Of a stretch of 40,126 nucleotides of DNA, positions 33,260-40,126 are shown piece after piece. The translations under genes and the position numbers were made by a program. The DNA lies in the IMG/VR virus record IMGVR_UViG_3300032257_000041, positions 1 through 40,126 of that record. One strand, written 5' to 3'. Under the pieces are notes generated by a model that was not told the origin of the DNA, did not search any database, and saw nothing but the letters and a program-made list of their open reading frames with translations. Source of the DNA: a virus. Its lineage: Duplodnaviria; Caudoviricetes. Within the stretch, counting starts at the first letter, position 1. Every line of letters starts with the position of its first letter.

Positions 33260-34941
33260 TATCTAAGCCCCATAGGTTTAATCGGTCTTGGTCGAACGAC
33301 TTTTGTTTGTGTTTGTGGCATATATCTCATACTCATCATGACAGGATCGACCAGATTCGGGCTAACTATCTGAAATTTAGTCTTCATTTCTGGCTTAGGG
33401 TATAGCTGAAGATACCCGTTACCATTGGGTTTTACAGGTAATCTACATATTTGTGATTTTAATTTACTTAATAGCTTAATATCTGAGCTGAAACTAATCA
33501 ATGTGGCAGGGTCTTGATACCGCTCATCAGGGAACATTACCGCTCGATAGGTTCTGTATATTCTGTCTCGCAACTCCCAGTAATACTGATTCTTTTTGTT
33601 TTTAAACACGTCTTTTATTTTCTTCTGGTCAATTGTGCTTGAGTCTACCGGGGAATTATAAGCGGCTTCTGGGCTGTCTGGTGATTCTGAACCCTTAAAC
33701 ATGACCTTAAGGGTGTGTTTTCCGGCAAAGTCTTTGTTTATTTGCTCGTTAAGCCCCACCCCCATTCCGTCACAATCCCATGTGTAATAGTCCGCGCCTT
33801 GTTGTATGGCTCGACCTACTGACCAATGACCGCCCTCGTTTACGTCGCCATCAAGCTTTTCGGTTACATCAAGGAATACTGATCCATGTCTAAATGCATG
33901 GCCTTTTGTATCAAATCCCGTATCAGAGGGGTCGTGCGAGGCTATCTTCGCGCCTTGTGGTGAAAAACCTAGTTTTATATGGGCATCGATACAGGCTTCG
34001 AACCATTCGCCAAGGATTAGCGCATCCTCCACTGAGTCGTTAAATTCTCCACCCCACTGGTGATCATTAAATGCGTCAGATCGGTGTTCTATATCCCATT
34101 GCCTCTCGTCCTCAAGTCCTGAATCATCAAACCACGGATTATCCTGGTAATTCATTTTGACTATCAGGTGTAAATCGTCCTCATAGAATCCGTCGCGGTC
34201 TATGACTTCTTTGTATGGATTAATAAATCGCTTACTGAATGGGTCTTCTGAGCTTCCAGGGTTGGCGATAAATACCACCTGGGCGCTTTTTTTCTCAATC
34301 TCCTGCCCCATCTGCTCAATAATGTCATCATCAATAAACTTTGATGGAAGCCCGTTTTTAGGTTTGTTTCGTGCTGTAGGGGTTAAGGTGGTTAATGATT
34401 TCTCACTGATAAATTGTGCTTCTTCGACTACGTACCGCTTGAATCCATGTGCTGACTTAACAGAGTCTACGTTCCTCGATAGCCCGGTGAATTCGAATGC
34501 AGGTTTATCTTTGTATTCAATAGATTGGTTGAGGACATTAAAATCCTTGAACTTAAACCGGCTTATCTCTTCCTCAATTAGACTGTGGACAGAGTTTTTA
34601 ATCGATGATTGGTACTCACGAAGGAAATATGTTTTTGTTTGGTTGTCTTTGGTGTCAATCACGCAGATATCAGCTACCCCAACCGACTTAGCACTACCTC
34701 GTCCACCAATGACCACAATAAAGCGTTTGTTTGATTTAAGGACTTTTTCCAGCTTGAGAGGTAGATATACATCAATATCCTCCTGGGTCTCTACCCATTC
34801 ACCTTTTTCGTTTGTGATTGCTTTGATTAGACCCTTTTCAGGACAAACTATACCTACAACAGTATTACGATCAGACTTACGTTTTTCGAGTTCTCGTTTC
34901 AGTTCGACTCTTCTGCGTAATGTGGCTATGCTGGCTGACAT
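33259..34941 (-). CDS. terL: Terminase large subunit
   Basis: GGRGSAKS Walker A, REYQ.SI..SV, VEEAQ Walker B, DPSD.G.D, SPNL.D. Confidence 0.95.
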   Translation of the reverse strand: MSASIATLRRRVELKRELEKRKSDRNTVVGIVCPEKGLIKAITNEKGEWVETQEDIDVYLPLKLEKVLKSNKRFIVVIGGRGSAKSVGVADICVIDTKDNQTKTYFLREYQSSIKNSVHSLIEEEISRFKFKDFNVLNQSIEYKDKPAFEFTGLSRNVDSVKSAHGFKRYVVEEAQFISEKSLTTLTPTARNKPKNGLPSKFIDDDIIEQMGQEIEKKSAQVVFIANPGSSEDPFSKRFINPYKEVIDRDGFYEDDLHLIVKMNYQDNPWFDDSGLEDERQWDIEHRSDAFNDHQWGGEFNDSVEDALILGEWFEACIDAHIKLGFSPQGAKIASHDPSDTGFDTKGHAFRHGSVFLDVTEKLDGDVNEGGHWSVGRAIQQGADYYTWDCDGMGVGLNEQINKDFAGKHTLKVMFKGSESPDSPEAAYNSPVDSSTIDQKKIKDVFKNKKNQYYWELRDRIYRTYRAVMFPDERYQDPATLISFSSDIKLLSKLKSQICRLPVKPNGNGYLQLYPKPEMKTKFQIVSPNLVDPVMMSMRYMPQTQTKVVRPRPIKPMGLR

Positions 34942-35154
34942 TTAGTCGCGCTCTATCAGCTTATGTTCTGTTACTTCTTTATATTCAGCGTCATAGCATT
35001 GACCTTGATCGCCGTAGAACTTTTCACGTTCCTGGCGTGTTTCCCATTCCGCTTTTAGTCTTTGCTGGTGTTGTTCTTCTTCCATTGCGCGTCTGTTACC
35101 TTCACGCATACAAGCATCAAGGATTACTTCATCTAATGATGGAAAAAATATCAT
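34942..35154 (-). CDS. hypothetical protein between terS and terL
   Basis: Abuts both neighbours. Confidence 0.6.
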   Translation of the reverse strand: MIFFPSLDEVILDACMREGNRRAMEEEQHQQRLKAEWETRQEREKFYGDQGQCYDAEYKEVTEHKLIERD

Positions 35155-35567
35155 TCTTCTAACTCCCGTTTTAGTGCTTCCTCTTCTTCTTTTATTTCTT
35201 CGGTTGTCATTGTGCTGACGTCTCGGAAGCTAACAAGGCCTGAGTGCTTATTGTTCTGGTCTATTTTGTCATGCAATCCGTGTTTTCCTAACACCAGTTT
35301 AGCAATATTAGAATTGAATTGATTGTTAAGTCCTTTATTTATTAGGACATTTTTTTGTGTGGCGTTAATTTTCTCTAATATGTCGCTAAATTCTTCCTTG
35401 TCTTCTTCGTTTGCCCACCTGTACGCTGTGGCGCGGTCTATATCGATAGTAAGCACTAACCCCTCGACACTAGGAATCATGTCTCCCTTGTCCTCGTAGG
35501 TTTTAAGGTAGTCCCGGGCGTTGTCTAGTAATTCTTTGGTGTATTTTGTAGGTCTACCGGCTGGCAT
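35151..35567 (-). CDS. terS: Terminase small subunit
   Basis: GRPTKY, PS..GL, T.Y.W, F.DI, GL...FN..I.KL.L. Confidence 0.88.
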   Translation of the reverse strand: MPAGRPTKYTKELLDNARDYLKTYEDKGDMIPSVEGLVLTIDIDRATAYRWANEEDKEEFSDILEKINATQKNVLINKGLNNQFNSNIAKLVLGKHGLHDKIDQNNKHSGLVSFRDVSTMTTEEIKEEEEALKRELEE

Positions 35568-37357
35568 TATTTAACTACCCCTTTAGCAATAGTTTTAGTA
35601 AGGCTTACCGCTGGCGATCTGGTCATGCTATCACCTGACGAGGGTACGTAATTTGTCGTAGTAAAGATAGTATACGCCTCTACTGGGCTGGTGTCGTTTG
35701 GTGTTGCTGTTAATCTTAGCGTCATTTTGCTTTCTGCGTCTGGCGTAAAGGTTGGGTTTGTTATTGTTGCATTGCTGAATGTTCCCGTACCACCTCCGAC
35801 AACTTCCCACAATAGGGTGGGTGATGGGTCGTCTCCAGGTGTTACTGTGCCGGTTAACTGTGTGTCTACCAGTATGTCACCTGTATATGGTCCACCTGCG
35901 CTCACCGTAGGAGGGACAACGGCTATAGAGTTAAATACTGCGGTGTCTGTTACAGGCAAAGTATCTATAGTCGATACAGTTAAAAGTAGCGTGTAAGTAC
36001 CTGCTGAATCTGGGGTAAAGGTACTTGAAAGGCTCGTAGCATCGCTAAAAGTGCCAGCTCCTCCACTTTGTATGGTCCATAAGTAGGTGGGGGCAGGATC
36101 GGAACCAGCAACGACTAAACCGTCTAACGTTGTAGCTGCGTTTTCTTTGCCTTCGTATGGTCCGTTAGCATTTACGCCTGGTGGAACTGGTTCATCTGCC
36201 AGAGTGGTAAATGTTCCGCTCAGTACATTACTAAATCCTGATGCAACTGATTCAAGGTTGGCTGTGTCTGTGACATCTGCCGTGTCCGTCGTGGATACGG
36301 TGAGCAGTAAGACATATGAACCAAGCGCGTCAGGTGTAAAGGTGCTCGTTAAGCTTGTCGCGTCGCTGAAAGTACCAGTCCCTCCGCTTTGAATAGTCCA
36401 TAAATACGTAGGAGCGGGATCGGTTCCTGGTGTTACCGTGGCACTTAATGAGATTGCGGTAGATACCGCCCCATTATACGGGCCTCCAGCGTCTACGGTT
36501 GGTACTGTGGGGGCTGCGTTTGATGTTAAATTAGCTGTGTCAAATACATCCGCCGTGTCGGTTGTGGATGCGGTCAACCTTAATACGTAAGGGCCAGAGC
36601 TATCAGGCGTGAAAGTTGGATCGGCGATCGTTGCACTACTGAAAGTCCCCGTTCCGCCTGAGTCTATCGTCCATAGAAGAGTGGGGGAAGGATCGCTTCC
36701 TGGGGTTACGGTTGAGTTTAACTGTATTGGAGTGCTGACTAATCCGCTATATGGTCCGCCTGCTTCTACCGTGGGAGATGTGCCGCCTCCTATTTCCGCT
36801 ACGACTAGATTGTCATATCTTGCCCTTGAGTTCTGGGGCGTGGTCATCATGAAGCCAGCCGATCCGCCTGCTGTCAGGTCGGTGTCTGTGGCCTGTAATA
36901 TCTGTGTGCTATTCAGCCTTACAGTTATTGTGCTGCCGTCTACCTCTAATTCGTAGGCATCTAAAACGTCAACGGTCGGAGTATGGGCGAATCGTGAGCT
37001 TGGTGTTAATTCTGTAAATACCCCACTAATACGCTTATAAAGACTGATTTCAGTCGCAAAGTGAAACATAAAGTAGCCGTCTACATCGTCGCCTGCTACC
37101 TCTGGAACCATTCTGGCACCAATTAGCCAGTTTTGCGTAACTGAGGCGATCACCATTCCAGCATCTACAGAAACGATATAGTCTGCTGATGTTAGGGCGG
37201 CGGGATCTTGATAAACGTGCGGTACGCCACTTGTTCCTGCTGTTGTCCATCTGCACTGATTGTTTGAAACTGTATAGTCTGATCCGTCATTGGTGAACCA
37301 GTTAACACTATCTATTATCGTGCCGTCTGCGCGGTTAAAATCGTCTGAAAATGGCAT
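35567..37357 (-). CDS. Lectin-like N-terminal domain plus four PKD/Ig-like repeats (putative surface fibre/adhesin)
   Basis: FSDDFNRADG start; four ~95-aa repeats PTV.AGGPY.G...WT...GG.GTFS.AT....FTPD..G.Y.L.LT. Confidence 0.8.
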   Translation of the reverse strand: MPFSDDFNRADGTIIDSVNWFTNDGSDYTVSNNQCRWTTAGTSGVPHVYQDPAALTSADYIVSVDAGMVIASVTQNWLIGARMVPEVAGDDVDGYFMFHFATEISLYKRISGVFTELTPSSRFAHTPTVDVLDAYELEVDGSTITVRLNSTQILQATDTDLTAGGSAGFMMTTPQNSRARYDNLVVAEIGGGTSPTVEAGGPYSGLVSTPIQLNSTVTPGSDPSPTLLWTIDSGGTGTFSSATIADPTFTPDSSGPYVLRLTASTTDTADVFDTANLTSNAAPTVPTVDAGGPYNGAVSTAISLSATVTPGTDPAPTYLWTIQSGGTGTFSDATSLTSTFTPDALGSYVLLLTVSTTDTADVTDTANLESVASGFSNVLSGTFTTLADEPVPPGVNANGPYEGKENAATTLDGLVVAGSDPAPTYLWTIQSGGAGTFSDATSLSSTFTPDSAGTYTLLLTVSTIDTLPVTDTAVFNSIAVVPPTVSAGGPYTGDILVDTQLTGTVTPGDDPSPTLLWEVVGGGTGTFSNATITNPTFTPDAESKMTLRLTATPNDTSPVEAYTIFTTTNYVPSSGDSMTRSPAVSLTKTIAKGVVK

Positions 37358-39117
37358 CAGGCTTGTCTCTCATATGCGCCCATATCAACGGCAGCGCCAA
37401 AGGGTACAGTGTTACCAAGAATATCCCTGTTTGGATGTCCTGTTTGAGTTTTAGCAAGATTTATGCATAAAGTACTAGAGGCAGTTAGTTGATTGTCTGT
37501 TAATGGGTTTGCTAGGTTTGGATTACCTTGATTACTGTTAATATTTTGTAGTGGGTAAGCGGCTTGCCATGCTGCCAGATTCCCGTAAGTTACGCCGCCT
37601 ATATCTGCTATTGATCCGGTATTTGTATAGTAATTATTATAATCAAACATCATGTTTGTTTGAGTACCGCTGACCTCTACGACTTCACGAGTGGAGGTTG
37701 TAGAATTTTTGTATAAGATATTGTTTTCAAAGAATGCATTGTTTACATTGTTTGCATTAACTTCTAAACATACCCCAGTAGGTCGGTCAGTTGTTACTGT
37801 ATTATTATAGACCTCTACATTTCTCCATCTGTCGGTTAAACGAATACCACGACAAACGGAAACATTTGTGTCCATAACGATATTGTTGTATCGAACAATT
37901 ACACCGTCACCTTCTACGAGTGAAGTCGTTGAGTCCTGATTATCAATAGCTATATAATAATTTCCACAATCAATAATATTATTATTCTCTGCCAGATAGT
38001 TAGTGGAGGCCCCAAATTCTAACCCGGCATCATTCCCCATCCCCATTGACAGCCCGACATTATCAATATTTGTGATCGTATTATTCGATGCGGTGTAGTT
38101 GTTTCCATCACGCATCTTAATCCCGCCTGAACTTGCAGATATGTTATTTCCGTCAAGCACAACATTGGTACATTCTTTGGAGATATACATCGCCCATTCT
38201 CGGTTTGTCACACCGATATTAGTGAAGGTTGAGTTTTTAACCGTTAAATCTGAGACGTGATAGGGGATAAATCCGTTTACTGAGATATTCGAGAAAGTGC
38301 AGGCGTCAATTATAATATTATTTAATGACGTAATATCAATATCGTTCCTCATTGAGATACCAGAACCACCCGCATCCCTGAAAGTAACATTAATAAAACT
38401 AATATGATGCATGATGTTTGCGGCATTGTTTGACCAGAAGAAGAAACAGACGTTATTCGATCCTGTCGCTCTTAGGTCTATGTCTTGCATGGTGAAATAG
38501 GACATTATTGATGAATTGGTGCAATTAACCGTAATTCCAGTGCCGCCATCTATTATGGGTAAAGCTCCGGACCCATAAGCGCCTAAAACAACATGATTAT
38601 TTAATGCCCCGTTTGGACTACCCAGTGATCCGAAGCTTCCGTTCCATGTGTTCCCGCGCTCCATAAGTACCTGATCGCCTGGGTTGGCTGCTGATAGTAA
38701 CGATTGCGCCCCGCTTAAGGTCTGTTTTGGGCCTGTACCTGCCGGGGCATTGGTTTGATTTTCTCCGGTCCAGGCATCATTACCATTAGTAAACGACACA
38801 TAATAAACATTACCGACGACGACGGCGGCAGCCTCTTGTACGTAGTGGGTGTTATATTGTGTGTTTTGGGTGAGACCCGTTATTGCGGGGTATATGATAT
38901 TTGTACTAGTAACTGTGGTGTTGGCTGCGCCTATTGCCGGGGTGCCTGCTGCGTTTTGGCCGTCTTTGATTTGTTGCGCCGTGGGGGTTGGGTCGCCAAA
39001 TGGCACAATCACAACATAAGCCTGCCCGGTTGGTGTATCTGTAACGCAACTTAGCACGACGCTGGTTTGCGTTATGTTGCTTTCGTTATCAGACGAAATA
39101 ACCGCCACGTCGAACAC
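37357..39117 (-). CDS. FN3-like N-terminus plus right-handed parallel beta-helix (pectin-lyase-like) protein
   Basis: YYVS...GND...G, PGD.VL..RG.TW, GAYG.G..P, Asn ladders, C-terminal DMGAYE. Confidence 0.85.
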   Translation of the reverse strand: MFDVAVISSDNESNITQTSVVLSCVTDTPTGQAYVVIVPFGDPTPTAQQIKDGQNAAGTPAIGAANTTVTSTNIIYPAITGLTQNTQYNTHYVQEAAAVVVGNVYYVSFTNGNDAWTGENQTNAPAGTGPKQTLSGAQSLLSAANPGDQVLMERGNTWNGSFGSLGSPNGALNNHVVLGAYGSGALPIIDGGTGITVNCTNSSIMSYFTMQDIDLRATGSNNVCFFFWSNNAANIMHHISFINVTFRDAGGSGISMRNDIDITSLNNIIIDACTFSNISVNGFIPYHVSDLTVKNSTFTNIGVTNREWAMYISKECTNVVLDGNNISASSGGIKMRDGNNYTASNNTITNIDNVGLSMGMGNDAGLEFGASTNYLAENNNIIDCGNYYIAIDNQDSTTSLVEGDGVIVRYNNIVMDTNVSVCRGIRLTDRWRNVEVYNNTVTTDRPTGVCLEVNANNVNNAFFENNILYKNSTTSTREVVEVSGTQTNMMFDYNNYYTNTGSIADIGGVTYGNLAAWQAAYPLQNINSNQGNPNLANPLTDNQLTASSTLCINLAKTQTGHPNRDILGNTVPFGAAVDMGAYERQA

Positions 39118-39152
39118 CCCTAGAAATAGTTCAAGTATAGATTGTATCTATG

Positions 39153-39329
39153 CTATGTCACTATTTCAATAGAGTTTTTCTGTTGCTTCTCTTTGAGATA
39201 ATCTTGAATTTTAACTAGGACGTTTTCTGACACAAGCACGTCTCCAGCCTGTAGACCTGGATACTGATTAGGGCTTTCCACCTTCTGAGCGGTTTCTCCC
39301 TGCAATGCTTGGTGCAAAATCAGTTTCAT
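39153..39329 (-). CDS. 58-aa hypothetical protein
   Basis: MKLILHQALQGETAQKVE... (manually translated). Confidence 0.45.
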   Translation of the reverse strand: MKLILHQALQGETAQKVESPNQYPGLQAGDVLVSENVLVKIQDYLKEKQQKNSIEIVT

Positions 39330-39429
39330 AATTGTTAATTGGTTGACTCATAAGGGTTAGTCTACCAGATAATAAAAATAGTTCAATTAATACACTTACT
39401 TTTAGTTGTGCTTATTGTGCTTATTATGC

Positions 39430-39457
39430 TTGCTTATTTATAGGTGTTAACTATAAT
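39430..39457 (+). promoter_or_regulatory. Early promoter candidate preceded by TGCTTAT repeats
   Basis: TTGCTT-16-TATAAT in an AT-rich divergent gap. Confidence 0.55.
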
Positions 39458-39500
39458 TAACTTACTAGCTACTTAATACATAACCAAAGAGGGTAAGACG

Positions 39501-39674
39501 ATGAGAATTAATATACATGACATTATTAATGTTTTGCATTGTGATGAATCGCACGCTGAAAAAGTAGAGCGCCAGATTGACCGACTATCACTCATTGATT
39601 GGTCAGAGGCTGCCAGCAAGGAAATTAAGATTGCGGCTATTGAAGCAGATCAACTATTAAAGCAAGAGGATTAA
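39501..39674 (+). CDS. 57-aa hypothetical protein
   Basis: GAGGG RBS; MRINIHDIINVLHCDE... (manually translated). Confidence 0.6.
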   Translation: MRINIHDIINVLHCDESHAEKVERQIDRLSLIDWSEAASKEIKIAAIEADQLLKQED

Positions 39675-39717
39675 ATAATGACGATGAAAGCAAGATATCC
39701 AAAAAGAGGGTAAGGCA

Positions 39718-40126
39718 ATGAAATTTGAATTAACAACAAATACAAAAGTTGCTTTTGATAAAACGCTTTTTCAGATTAGGGCGTTAATTGATTTCTCGCA
39801 TGTTAAAGCCGGTGATCTTGGTGGATGGGTTGAAAAAGTAAATAATCTGAGCCAGTCCTGGGATGCTTGGGTGTCCGAGGATGCTTGGGTGTCCGGGGAT
39901 GCTCAGGTGTCCGGGGATGCTCAGGTGTCCGGGGATGCTCGGGTGTACGGGGATGCTCGGGTGTCCGGGGATGCTTGGGTGTCCGGGGATGCTCGGGTGT
40001 ACGGGGATGCTCGGGTGTCCGGGGGTGCTTGGGTGTACGGGGATGCTCGGGTGTCCGAGGATGCTCAGGTGTTCGGGGATGCTCTGGTGTTCGGGGATGC
40101 TCAGGTGTCCGGGGGTGCTTGGGTGT
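39718..40126 (+). CDS. N-terminal part of the hexapeptide-repeat protein (joins the window start)
   Basis: MKFELTTNTKVAFDKTLFQIRALIDFSHVKAGDLGGWVE...NLS then GDA.V. repeats, open to the end. Confidence 0.88.
   Translation, partial: MKFELTTNTKVAFDKTLFQIRALIDFSHVKAGDLGGWVEKVNNLSQSWDAWVSEDAWVSGDAQVSGDAQVSGDARVYGDARVSGDAWVSGDARVYGDARVSGGAWVYGDARVSEDAQVFGDALVFGDAQVSGGAWV
39859..40126 (+). repeat. 18-bp tandem repeat, about 15 units; 5' part of the array
   Basis: Same unit as 1-370. Confidence 0.98.

Noticed and set aside
35567-37357. Diversity-generating retroelement template/variable repeats
   Set aside because: Repeats are diverged protein-domain duplications without adenine-specific differences, and no reverse transcriptase is present.
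17136-39054. Plus-strand ORFs antisense to structural genes (e.g. 19472-19945, 34202-34945)
   Set aside because: Antisense shadows of well-supported genes, with no motifs or RBS.
1-40126. tRNA or rRNA genes
   Set aside because: No cloverleaf with a T-loop consensus noticed by eye; tRNAscan-SE/ARAGORN would be decisive.

Overview
The window is an apparently near-complete ~40 kb genome of a tailed phage with a P22-like (podovirus) morphogenesis module and lambdoid-type replication/recombination genes. The SSB and P22-type proteins suggest a proteobacterial host (inference). The contig ends lie inside one 18-bp tandem-repeat gene, and the first and last 141 bp match at 139/141 positions, so the genome is probably circular or circularly permuted and broken in the repeat. 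The minus-strand late block (14.8-39.1 kb) encodes two adhesin/beta-helix proteins, TerS, TerL, portal, scaffold, coat, gp4- and gp10-like proteins, a sulfotransferase-like and a 2OG-Fe(II) hydroxylase gene, three ejection proteins, a tailspike and holin/spanin candidates. I recognised no endolysin, integrase, CI-type repressor or tRNA. The early region (0.6-14.8 kb) holds most of the oddities: (i) a gene flanked by two integron attC-like sites with no integrase; (ii) a separately promoted operon of an Sm-like protein and two (Ser-X)n peptides that share a leader; (iii) a PD-(D/E)XK endonuclease that appears to have split a DNA methyltransferase and supplied a replacement N-terminus; (iv) RusA-like sequence divided between two frames; (v) several structured non-coding segments; and (vi) genes bracketed by RBS-containing direct repeats. 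All calls come from motif recognition by eye; no database searches were run.
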